Below, one piece after another: positions 1 to 8,853 of a DNA stretch of 64,000 bases. Location of the stretch: positions 32,001-96,000 of the forward strand of contig CBDUPA010000021.1 of assembly GCA_965368975.1 (NCBI GenBank), in the 5' to 3' direction. The stretch's first letter is position 1. Every line of letters begins with the position of its first letter. The notes beneath the pieces were generated by a model, which saw only the letters and a list, made by a program, of their open reading frames with translations, was not told the DNA's origin and did not search any database. Source of the stretch: an uncultured bacterium. Lineage in GTDB: Bacteria > Acidobacteriota > Thermoanaerobaculia > Multivoradales > JAHZIX01. The position numbers and the translations under genes were made by a program.

Positions 1-3000
1 TGGCCGCTGTACCCACTCACCGGCGACGTGCGGTTGCCGCCCGCTCACCTGCGCCCGGTGCAGTCCCTGGAAGTCCAGCTGCTGAACAACGAGGGTGTGC
101 GCCCCCTCGACGGCCTCGTACTCGTCTCGCCGCTCGGCAAGGACGCCCGTGCCTGGCTGCCGGCTCCCAACGGCGGCTGGCCCGACGTCGACGGACGCAT
201 CCTGCTCAACGTCGATCGTGATCGCTCCTTGCAGCTCCTCGCCTGGGCACCGGGGCACCAGGAAGTCGAAACCCGCCTCGAAGCTGGCACGAGCTTCCAT
301 CTACAGCGGCTGTCGACCGCGCGCCGCGTGCTGCTCGAAGTGCAACAGGCCGCGCCGCCGGATACTGGGCCGGACACCACGGCAACCGCCACCACGGTAG
401 CAAGCACCAGCGCGGCAACGGACACCAGCGCAAGTGCCCTTGCAGCCTCGTCGGTCGCTGTGCGAGCCGGCAAGACCAGCTGGTTTGTCGGCCACACCAA
501 CCTCGGTGGCCAGCTCCGTGCCGCCGCGGCCCCCGACCACCGAGCGCCCCTGTGGCTCCAAGCCGAGGATGGCTCCGCACTCTCGATCCGGCTCCCTGTC
601 GTCGACCCCCATCGTTCTGCACAGGCCGTGCCCCTCCAACTGCAGCCTCCGTGGCGCGTCCGCGGCCGAACCATTGATGCCAGCAGCAGCACTCCCGTGG
701 CCGGGGCCTGGATCTGGTTCGAAGACGACCCCGGAGCCGCGGTGCAGAGCGGAACGGACGGCAGCTTCGAACTGGTGATCCCGTCCACCGACCAGGCCAC
801 ACGCCGCGTGCGAGTTGGCGCCGACGGCTACACACCGGGGATCGAGGACTTGCGTCAGGCACCGACAGACTGGACCTTGAGCCTGCAGCGCAGCCTGACG
901 TTCGGTGGTCGCGTGGTCGACGCTGGCGGCCAGCCGGTCGCAGGGGTTGACGTCTACGCCGTCGACCCTCAGCACCAGGCGCCGCTGACCTACGCCGAGA
1001 GCGGCGTCGACGGCCGCTTTGCACTTTCCAACCTGGCTGCCAGTACTCGCTACCGTCTCCACGCCAGCCACCGCGAGCACAGCGCCGTCCAGACCGAGTC
1101 CAACACCGGCACTTGGCCACGCGACCTGGTACTGCAGCTCGGACCAGTACGACAGCTGGTCGGTCGTACCCTCGACGCCGCGGGCAACCCGCTCGGCGGG
1201 GTCGAGGTCACGCTCTTCACGCTGCAACCGCGCCTCGTCGGCAGCGATGTCTTCCACGGCGAGTCCGACGCCGACGGCCGCTTCGGGCTGACCAGCATCC
1301 CGGACGGCGAATACCATCTGCGAGCCCAATTACCCGGCTACCTGCCGGCGCAGCGTGAAGGTCTGCACCTGGCGGCAAACAGCGACCCAGAATCCGGCCG
1401 CCGCGACGTCGGCACCCTGGTCCTGCACCCCGCCACCAACCTGTTCGGCCAGATCACCCGCGAGGGCAACAGTCCCGTGCCGGAGGTCGAGATCCTGGTG
1501 GTCGACGACGAGACCGGACGTGAACTCGCCAAGGGCCGCTCCGACACCGGCGGCGGATACGAGATCCTGAGCTTGCCGACCGGCCGCCTGGTCACCGTCG
1601 AGCTGGTGTGCGACGGCTTCCTCCCCGCTCGCTTCACCGGAATTCCCTTGCCCCACGATGGCGCCCTCGACCTGCAGCTGATTCCCGAGAGTCGACTCAG
1701 CGGCTCCGTCATCGACCACCGAGGCCAGGCCCTCCCCGGCGCCTCCGTGCGTCTGCTACCCGCGAACACCGAGACGCCAGCCGCTCGGCTGCGCCGCGGC
1801 TACTTCCAGCGCCCGCGAGAGCAGACCTCGAATGCCGAGGGCAACTTCCGCTTCGTCAACCTGCTTCCGGGCTCCTACCGGTTGCAGGTACGCCTGCGCG
1901 GTTACAAGCCCTTCGAGGGCAACGTGGTACTAGCACCCGGCGTACACCGCGAGGACGTGCGCCTACCCTTGGAAACCGGTGCCGTGCTCGAGGGCCGGGT
2001 CCTCTCAGCAGACGGTCAGCCGATCGAATCGGCGGAACTGCAAGTCGTCCCCGGCCGCGCGGACCTCGTAGCCGCCGCGAACTCCTTGGTCACCTACAGC
2101 GGCCCCGGCGGCATCTATCGCTTCGACGAGTTGCCCATCAACCGCGTCGCCGTCACAGTGCAGCATCCAGAGCACCCGCCCCTGACCGAGATCATCGAAC
2201 TAGCCGGTGAGGCCCAGACCCACGATTTCGTCATGGGCGAGGTGCTGCACATCAGCGGCACCGTGCTGCTGCCCGACGGTAGCCCAGCCATCGGCGCCAA
2301 CGTCCTGGCCGCCAATCGACGGCTCGAACGGGCAGCGACCTCCGGAAGTCCAGACGGCCGTTTCCGCGTCGACGCGCTGGGTGCAGGCACCTACGAACTC
2401 GTCGCTTCCCTGCCCGGCTACCCGCTGGCACGCCTGGAGGATCCCGTGGAACTGCTCGGCAACTCGGAGGAGGGTGTGCTACTGCGCCTCAGCGCCAGCA
2501 CGCGGGTGAGCGGACGCATCTTCGGCCTGCAGCCGGAAGAACTGTCCGCTCTGCGCATCCATGCCAGCTCCGGCGTCCTCCATGCCGAAGGTCGTTTGGG
2601 TGCGGACGGCAACTACGAGATCGAAGACCTGACCACCGGTACCTGGCGTATCGAAGCGTGGCAGATGGAAGACGGCCGGCGCGTCCACGAAGACCTTGAC
2701 CTCTTCGAGGGCGACGACAAGACCCTCGACTTGACCTTCCCCGCAGCCTACAGCATCTCCGGACGCGTGCTCTACCGCGGAGAACCAGTGCCCGCGGCCC
2801 TGGTCGGCGTGCTCGGCTCCGAGACGCGTACCGAGACCGACTACCTGGGCCAGTTCCACCTGCCCAAGGTGCCGGAAGGCGAGCGTGCACTGACCGTCTT
2901 TGCACCCGCACGGGGTCTCGAGCACCGAGAAGAACTTCAGGTCGACCGCGACCTCCAGGTGCAGGTAGTTCTGGCTTCGCAGCAGGTCATCGGCCAGGTT

Positions 3001-3267
3001 CTCGACGCCACCACGGGTGAACCGCTCCGCGGTTTCCCGGTCTACCTGCAGTGGAACGGCGACCCGTCGTCACCGTGGAACGAGGTACGACCCAGCGCCA
3101 CGACCAACGCCGCCGGCAACTTCCGGATCACCGGTGTACCTCCTGGCTCCTGGGGCGTCGTCGGCTGGCATCCAGCGTATCTGCCGGAGGTGCTGCAGAT
3201 CGAAGTACGGCGAGGCAACGATGTTTCGGGTTTGACGCTCCAGATGCGCCAACCTGCACAGCGCTGA
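1..3267 (+). CDS. Large protein with multiple carboxypeptidase-regulatory-like (CarboxypepD_reg) beta-sandwich repeats, 5'-partial
   Basis: Frame is open from base 1. Repeated GRVVD..G.PV.G..V and ..SD.DG.F...L..G.Y.L modules are typical of this domain. Confidence 0.8.
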   Translation, partial: WPLYPLTGDVRLPPAHLRPVQSLEVQLLNNEGVRPLDGLVLVSPLGKDARAWLPAPNGGWPDVDGRILLNVDRDRSLQLLAWAPGHQEVETRLEAGTSFHLQRLSTARRVLLEVQQAAPPDTGPDTTATATTVASTSAATDTSASALAASSVAVRAGKTSWFVGHTNLGGQLRAAAAPDHRAPLWLQAEDGSALSIRLPVVDPHRSAQAVPLQLQPPWRVRGRTIDASSSTPVAGAWIWFEDDPGAAVQSGTDGSFELVIPSTDQATRRVRVGADGYTPGIEDLRQAPTDWTLSLQRSLTFGGRVVDAGGQPVAGVDVYAVDPQHQAPLTYAESGVDGRFALSNLAASTRYRLHASHREHSAVQTESNTGTWPRDLVLQLGPVRQLVGRTLDAAGNPLGGVEVTLFTLQPRLVGSDVFHGESDADGRFGLTSIPDGEYHLRAQLPGYLPAQREGLHLAANSDPESGRRDVGTLVLHPATNLFGQITREGNSPVPEVEILVVDDETGRELAKGRSDTGGGYEILSLPTGRLVTVELVCDGFLPARFTGIPLPHDGALDLQLIPESRLSGSVIDHRGQALPGASVRLLPANTETPAARLRRGYFQRPREQTSNAEGNFRFVNLLPGSYRLQVRLRGYKPFEGNVVLAPGVHREDVRLPLETGAVLEGRVLSADGQPIESAELQVVPGRADLVAAANSLVTYSGPGGIYRFDELPINRVAVTVQHPEHPPLTEIIELAGEAQTHDFVMGEVLHISGTVLLPDGSPAIGANVLAANRRLERAATSGSPDGRFRVDALGAGTYELVASLPGYPLARLEDPVELLGNSEEGVLLRLSASTRVSGRIFGLQPEELSALRIHASSGVLHAEGRLGADGNYEIEDLTTGTWRIEAWQMEDGRRVHEDLDLFEGDDKTLDLTFPAAYSISGRVLYRGEPVPAALVGVLGSETRTETDYLGQFHLPKVPEGERALTVFAPARGLEHREELQVDRDLQVQVVLASQQVIGQVLDATTGEPLRGFPVYLQWNGDPSSPWNEVRPSATTNAAGNFRITGVPPGSWGVVGWHPAYLPEVLQIEVRRGNDVSGLTLQMRQPAQR

Positions 3268-3361
3268 CGGTCGCCCTTGGAAGAGCACCCCTATGTAGTC
3301 TGGAGTGGTCCCGGCCTCGGAATTACTTGACCAGAAATCATATCTATTCTAGTCTCATTTC

Positions 3362-3769
3362 ATGGACATGAAAGATCGACCCTATGATCTGACCCCACCC
3401 AAGGCCAACCTGGTGAGCGACGCGCGCTCTGGTTCTTCCTCCGGCGTTCGTCCAGCTGCTCCGACCTGGAAGGAAGACACGAGCTGGCAGGAAAACACCG
3501 CCTGGAAGGTCGGGCAGGCCAAGCAGCACTTGCCGGAACTGCTGCGCCGTGTCGAGGAGGAACCCCAAGTGATCTGTAAACGAACCACTCCTGTTGCCGC
3601 CGTCGTGCGCTATGACGACTTCCTGGAGTTCCAAACCTGGAAGCAGAAGCACCAGAAGCGCCCCCTGGCCGCGATCATTGAGGGCCTGACCGCCGCTTGC
3701 GCCGAAGCGGACTTCACGCTGGAAATCCCCGAGCGCCGCAACCGACTGACACCCTTCGACGAGCTATGA
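3362..3769 (+). CDS. Phd/YefM-family antitoxin
   Basis: WKVGQAKQHLPELLRRVEEEPQVICKRTTPVAAVV is a Phd-like N-terminal motif. Its stop overlaps the PIN gene start (ATGA). Confidence 0.8.
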   Translation: MDMKDRPYDLTPPKANLVSDARSGSSSGVRPAAPTWKEDTSWQENTAWKVGQAKQHLPELLRRVEEEPQVICKRTTPVAAVVRYDDFLEFQTWKQKHQKRPLAAIIEGLTAACAEADFTLEIPERRNRLTPFDEL

Positions 3770-4170
3770 GCTTCCTTTGTGACACCAACGTGGTCAGTGA
3801 GCTGGCCAAGCCACGACCGCATGCCGGCGTGGTGCGCTGGATGCAGGACTTGCCCGTCCTTTTCCTGAGCGCCATCAGCGTCGAAGAAATGAGCTACGGC
3901 CTGCAGCGACTGCCCGCAGGTAACTCGAGCCAGCGCATCCGCGTCTGGCTCGAACAGCTCCTCGACGCCGCCGAGATCCTCCCGATCACCGCCGACATCG
4001 CCCGCCGTGCCGGTCACCTACGCGGCCGCTTCGCCGCCCAAGGCCAGACCCGCAGTCAAGCCGACCTGCTGATCGCCGCCACCGCCCAACTCGGCTCGAT
4101 GACCGTCGTAACCCGCAACACTCGGGACTTCGAAGGCTGTCAGGTGCCGGTGTTCGATCCCTTCGACTGA
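3766..4170 (+). CDS. vapC: VapC-family PIN-domain toxin
   Basis: MSFLCDTNVVSEL...ADLLIAATA...VVTRNTRDF carries the PIN signature. ATG at 3766 is coupled to the antitoxin stop. Confidence 0.9.
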   Translation: MSFLCDTNVVSELAKPRPHAGVVRWMQDLPVLFLSAISVEEMSYGLQRLPAGNSSQRIRVWLEQLLDAAEILPITADIARRAGHLRGRFAAQGQTRSQADLLIAATAQLGSMTVVTRNTRDFEGCQVPVFDPFD

Positions 4171-4199
4171 CTCACGAACCCGTTCAAGTCAAAACTGGC

Positions 4200-4850
4200 T
4201 CAGCGGCTCCGCATTCCGACCACATAGACACCGGCAGCAGCCAAATCCTCGTGCGCCCGCAGTTCCCTCGACTGCTGCTGATGCCGGTAGCGGTAGCCCA
4301 GACTCGGTAGGCGATCTCCGGCCAGCTGCAAGTAGACGGGCTCCGCAGTGTCTTCCAGCGCTGCGGCCAGCAAGTGCAGGCCATCGTATAAGTCCTGAGT
4401 GTCTTCGAGGGCTTGTGCATCCGGCAGCAACTCCCGTAAAAGAACGGTGCCATCCCCCGGTACCGAATCGGACGTCTTGCCGAGATGAGAGCGCTCGACG
4501 GCTTCCCACAGTGAGTCAGGGTCGCGGGTGAAATCCTGCACCAGCTCCAGATGGCCGCGGAAGGCCAAGACAGCGATCCGCTCGTCCTCTTTGAGGCCAC
4601 CGATCATGCCCAGCCAGCGATCGCGCTGGCGCTGGAAGGCTCGAATGCGCTCCTCGCTGACGGGACCGTCTTGGACGACCAAGACGATCACGTGTTTGGC
4701 TTCCGGAATCCCGTCGGCACGCACCGGTACATCCTCGGTATCCTGATCTGCGCTCACCACCGACGCCAGGGCCAAACCGAGCCCCAGACCAAAACACACC
4801 AGTGCATGACGCGCGAGGCGGCGAAAACGAGGTCCGAGGTGCTTGTGCAT
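4200..4850 (-). CDS. Exported protein, VWA-like domain
   Basis: N-terminal signal-like segment. ERIAVLAFRGHLELVQDFTRD resembles acidobacterial VWA-domain proteins. Confidence 0.5.
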   Translation of the reverse strand: MHKHLGPRFRRLARHALVCFGLGLGLALASVVSADQDTEDVPVRADGIPEAKHVIVLVVQDGPVSEERIRAFQRQRDRWLGMIGGLKEDERIAVLAFRGHLELVQDFTRDPDSLWEAVERSHLGKTSDSVPGDGTVLLRELLPDAQALEDTQDLYDGLHLLAAALEDTAEPVYLQLAGDRLPSLGYRYRHQQQSRELRAHEDLAAAGVYVVGMRSR

Positions 4851-4894
4851 GTTCGATTCCCTTTCGTACCGCCTCGAAAACGTCGCGGCGGCGG

Positions 4895-6286
4895 TTACAG
4901 GCGCCAGCGGAGGGTGGTGAGGAACTCATCGAGTTCGAACTCTCCACCTTTAGGGGTGATCGTGGTGACATCCGCATACTCGACGGTGATGTCGATACCT
5001 TCGATGACTGTCAAGCGCAGGCCGTAGTCCAGCTTCTCCCAGTCCCAGCGAAGGACTATCGCCGGATTGGGACGGTTCGATATGGCTGTGCCGATCGGGC
5101 CGACATCCATCTCCGAGTAGCGCAGCGTTGGCGCCAAGAACGGAAACAGCTGGCGGCCAGCCAGAGACCACCGTAGCGGGAACTCGAATCGGTAGCTCAG
5201 CTCAACTTCCCAGCCGTCACGTTCGATGCCAGCGACTTCCTGATCAGCATACTGACCGAAGAAAGTCAGCTGGTCCCAGTACAACCAGAGATTGACCCCG
5301 GTTTCTTCCTTCTCATCGCTAGTGAGCAGGAATGAGAACGGAATCCCGGTGTCATCCAATTCCGGACCATCGAGCAGATCGAGGTCACCGCCGTAGAAGG
5401 TCCCCTTCAAGGGCACCGTCTCGGCAAGATTTCGCTCGTAGTGCCACAGCAGGAAATCTCCCGTACGGCGGCCATCGGAGCTACCGAACCTCACTCCCAG
5501 CCCGTAGCCGACTTCCAGATCGCCATCGACATCGAGGTTCTCGACTTCGGCATCGTAGAGAAAGTGAAAGCCCGAACCCAAGGCATCTTCCGTCTCATCT
5601 TCAAGACCATTGTCACCGGCAAGAGCGTTGACATCACGGAAAAACAGCGGGTTTCCCTGCGTCAGCGAGACCTTGGCGTAGAGGTACCGGCCCAGGTCGG
5701 CACCCACTTCGAGCCCCGTGTCCTCGAGCCGATTGAACGCCGTGGAGATTAGGCCATAGCTCTCCAGATGGCGATCATCCTGACGTTCGAAGTGAGCGAA
5801 CTTGCCGATCTTCACGTAGTAGCCAGGACGCTCTGGAATCACCGCCGGTTCCGTCTCCCGCCCAAAGCGTAGCCATAGCTCATCGACATCGACCTCACGG
5901 TCACCAGAGGTCGGATTGCGCTCGTAAAGGTCGATGACGTCCACCTTGGCATGAGCCGTCACCGTGTCGGCCCACTCCGCGGTGAACAACAAGGAGAGCA
6001 ACGAAACCTCGAAACTACTGCCTGGGTCGACGGTCTCGATGGGTAGCGCTCTACCAGCTAGATCCGAGGGGGCGTCGCTGGGAAAGACAAAGGCGGCCGA
6101 CTCGGCCTCGCTATCCCGGAAGTGTGTTTTCGCTTCCACCCCCCAGGTCAGCCGCACCTCCGAGGCTCCCTCGGCCGAAGCACCCTCACCCTCTTGGAAG
6201 TACTCCGGCTCCTGCGCGACGGCGGCCAATACCGTCAGCGCCATGACCACGACGCTTACAATCCAACTGCGCATGCAGATCATCAT
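4895..6286 (-). CDS. Putative outer-membrane beta-barrel/porin
   Basis: RBS GAGAGGA precedes ATG 6286. Signal peptide, alternating amphipathic strands (VDELWLRFG, YVKIGKF) and C-terminal LRWRL. Confidence 0.65.
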   Translation of the reverse strand: MMICMRSWIVSVVVMALTVLAAVAQEPEYFQEGEGASAEGASEVRLTWGVEAKTHFRDSEAESAAFVFPSDAPSDLAGRALPIETVDPGSSFEVSLLSLLFTAEWADTVTAHAKVDVIDLYERNPTSGDREVDVDELWLRFGRETEPAVIPERPGYYVKIGKFAHFERQDDRHLESYGLISTAFNRLEDTGLEVGADLGRYLYAKVSLTQGNPLFFRDVNALAGDNGLEDETEDALGSGFHFLYDAEVENLDVDGDLEVGYGLGVRFGSSDGRRTGDFLLWHYERNLAETVPLKGTFYGGDLDLLDGPELDDTGIPFSFLLTSDEKEETGVNLWLYWDQLTFFGQYADQEVAGIERDGWEVELSYRFEFPLRWSLAGRQLFPFLAPTLRYSEMDVGPIGTAISNRPNPAIVLRWDWEKLDYGLRLTVIEGIDITVEYADVTTITPKGGEFELDEFLTTLRWRL

Positions 6287-6347
6287 TGAATCCTCTCTCT
6301 CCGTACCGTTTCCCGAGCGCTCGGACCTATCTGACCAGTGGATCCGC

Positions 6348-7199
6348 TCAGCGCCCGGTGAGCACGAACTGCAGCGCCCGATCCGGGTTGCTCCACTGTC
6401 CACGCTCCAGCCGGCCAACTTCCTTGCCGCGCACGTAGACAATACCGGTCGGAACTCCGGTGATACCGTTCTTCTTGGCTTCCGGCTCGTCCGTGAAGCC
6501 CTGCGGCAAGCCGTAATAGTCAATGTCGATGTTGGGGTTGTTCAGCTCGTCCTCTACCTTCAGCAGGCGCGGCACGAAGCGTTTGCAGAAGTCGCACCAA
6601 GAGCCGAAGTACACGACCACGCGTACCTCGTAGTCGAAGCTCTCCAGCACCGGCAACGCCGACGGATCTGGCGTGTAGTCTTCAGCCGTGCGGCCGTAGG
6701 CCGGGTTGTACGACAGCAGATCCGAACGCTCCTGCAGACCCAGCAAGGGCGGCTTCTCGCGCAGCAGCACGGTACGGCCACCAGCGGTGAAAGTGATGCC
6801 CCCCTCACCAAAGTCGAAGGCCCCGACCGGGATCAACTGTGCTTCGGCAAGCACGTCGATCGAGCCCGTGGGACGCACGGCCAAGTTCATGAAGCTGACC
6901 GACGACACGCTGCCCGTGCGCGGACTGACGATCATCGGTGCTTCGAGACTGGGGGACTGCACCATGAGGGCACCCGCGGAACGTGAGCTGAAGACCTTGG
7001 CCGCCGAGTCGGCCTGGCCGTCGATCAACACGTCGAAGTCACCGATCGGCACGAAGTCGCGCAGCACCGGGTCGGCTTCCCCCTGGGCGAGGACCGGGGA
7101 AGCACTCGACAGAGCGACGGCCAGAGCAAGGGCGGCCAAGCCGAGAAGAGCGGCAGCAGAGAGAGAGAGAAGGGAGGCGGAAACGGAACGAGGAGTCAT
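6348..7199 (-). CDS. Exported thioredoxin-family protein
   Basis: Signal peptide, FGSWCDFC active site and GVPT cis-Pro motif. Confidence 0.85.
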   Translation of the reverse strand: MTPRSVSASLLSLSAAALLGLAALALAVALSSASPVLAQGEADPVLRDFVPIGDFDVLIDGQADSAAKVFSSRSAGALMVQSPSLEAPMIVSPRTGSVSSVSFMNLAVRPTGSIDVLAEAQLIPVGAFDFGEGGITFTAGGRTVLLREKPPLLGLQERSDLLSYNPAYGRTAEDYTPDPSALPVLESFDYEVRVVVYFGSWCDFCKRFVPRLLKVEDELNNPNIDIDYYGLPQGFTDEPEAKKNGITGVPTGIVYVRGKEVGRLERGQWSNPDRALQFVLTGR

Positions 7200-7241
7200 G
7201 GCATCTCCTATCGATGAGATGGTTCGGTTCAGCTGGAGGGA

Positions 7242-8282
7242 TTAGCCCTGAGGAACCGGCGTGCCGGATTCCGAGGCCAGATGGTCCAAGGGTGGCAGGC
7301 CAGACCAGGTCTTGACGACGCGGCCGTCCTCGACCAGGAAAGATCTCGGCAGGCGCCGGTACAGCGGTGTCAACAACGCGGACGGCGCTTCGCGAATTTC
7401 GAACGCGGGTCCCCAGCTCCAGAAGAAGGTGCGCTTCTGTTCGGGCGTCGCGGCCGAGACCACCCAAGGGTGTGGCGGCGCTGGGTCCTGCACTTCTTGC
7501 AGCAAGGCGTAGTCGTTGAGCGCCTCGACGCCGGCCTCGAAGGCCGGATCCTCGAGCTCGGCCAGGATCACCACGTGTCGGCCGGACGCCAGTTCCGGGA
7601 CGACCAGGTCGAAGCAGATCTCTTCACCTTCGCTGCCGGCACAGATGGAGGCGGTCTCGACCCCGGGCTTGAGACGGGTGGCGAGATCGTCGAGTGGCAG
7701 GTCGGGAGCTTTCCAGGCGAGCAGCAGCACCGCGACGGTCAGCACGGCGACCGCAACGGTCCGCGGCGATTGCCAGCGCTGCGAGCCCCAGCGCCAGGCG
7801 AGACAGGCGAGTAGGAAGGGCGGCAGCAAGAGCAGCAAGTCTTGCCAGAAAGCCTCGGCCGGCGTGCGCTGCACCAGAGCACCGAAGCAGCCGCACTCGG
7901 CGTCATCTTCGAGCAGCCCTTGGGTCCAGCGCCAGTAGTTGCGACCGTTCAGATAGAGAAAGAAGGCCACCAGCAGTCCCGACGGCCACAGCACCCAGGG
8001 CCGGCGCAAGCCGAGCACCAGGGCGGCCCCCAGGGCGACTTCGAGCGCAAGCGCGATCATCGCCACGGTCGGCGCCGAAAGCAGGAAGTCCAGACCCTCG
8101 CGCGCGATCTGCTCGCTGAAGGCTACCGGATGGATCGCCTTGGCCCAGGCCGCGACGAGCAGTACCAGGCCGAGGATCAGCCCTCCTAGGTAGCCCAGCC
8201 ATCCCAACCAACGCGGCGTCTCGCGCGGTGGCGGCGTGTCTGGAACTTGGGTGGAGTCGGGAGTCGTGGCAGCGTCCTTCAT
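7242..8282 (-). CDS. MauE/DoxX-family redox-associated membrane protein
   Basis: Multiple TM helices, AAWAKAIHP, conserved ECGCFG motif and a soluble C-terminal domain. Confidence 0.8.
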   Translation of the reverse strand: MKDAATTPDSTQVPDTPPPRETPRWLGWLGYLGGLILGLVLLVAAWAKAIHPVAFSEQIAREGLDFLLSAPTVAMIALALEVALGAALVLGLRRPWVLWPSGLLVAFFLYLNGRNYWRWTQGLLEDDAECGCFGALVQRTPAEAFWQDLLLLLPPFLLACLAWRWGSQRWQSPRTVAVAVLTVAVLLLAWKAPDLPLDDLATRLKPGVETASICAGSEGEEICFDLVVPELASGRHVVILAELEDPAFEAGVEALNDYALLQEVQDPAPPHPWVVSAATPEQKRTFFWSWGPAFEIREAPSALLTPLYRRLPRSFLVEDGRVVKTWSGLPPLDHLASESGTPVPQG

Positions 8283-8394
8283 TGCACGCGCATCCTAGCA
8301 GCTTGCGAAGCCCCAGGCACCCAGCCCCAGTAGCACTGGCAGAGCGCAACACCAAGAGCACGACGATAGAATCGAGCGCAAGGAGAAACCCGAG

Positions 8395-8853
8395 ATGACA
8401 TCGCGCAAGCAGAAGACCCTGATCGCCCTGGCCGTCCTGGGCCTCACCCTGCAATTCGTCCCCTACGGCCATGGCCGCGACAACCCGCCGGTGACGCAAG
8501 AGCCCCCTTGGGACTCGCCACGCACGCGTGAGCTGGCTGTGCGCGCCTGTTTCGACTGCCACAGCAATGAGACGCGCTGGCCCTGGTACGGCTACGTCGC
8601 ACCCATCTCGTGGCTGCTCGTCCACGACGTCGAGGACGGCCGGCGTCACCTCAATTTCTCCGAGTGGCAACGCCCACAGCGCCATGCACACGAGGCTGCC
8701 GAGGAGGTCGTCGAGGGCGAGATGCCGCTGTGGCAGTACGAGTTGCTGCACGGCGAAGCACGCTTGACGGAAGCTGAACGGGGAGAGTTGGTGCGCGGTC
8801 TGCAAAGGACCTTGAGCCTCCGTTCCCGACGGAGCGGCGAGTCAACAGACTGA
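8395..8853 (+). CDS. Monoheme cytochrome c (Haem_bd domain)
   Basis: RACFDCHSNETRWPWYGYVAP...LNFSEW...GEMPLWQY matches the Haem_bd family pattern. Confidence 0.85.
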   Translation: MTSRKQKTLIALAVLGLTLQFVPYGHGRDNPPVTQEPPWDSPRTRELAVRACFDCHSNETRWPWYGYVAPISWLLVHDVEDGRRHLNFSEWQRPQRHAHEAAEEVVEGEMPLWQYELLHGEARLTEAERGELVRGLQRTLSLRSRRSGESTD

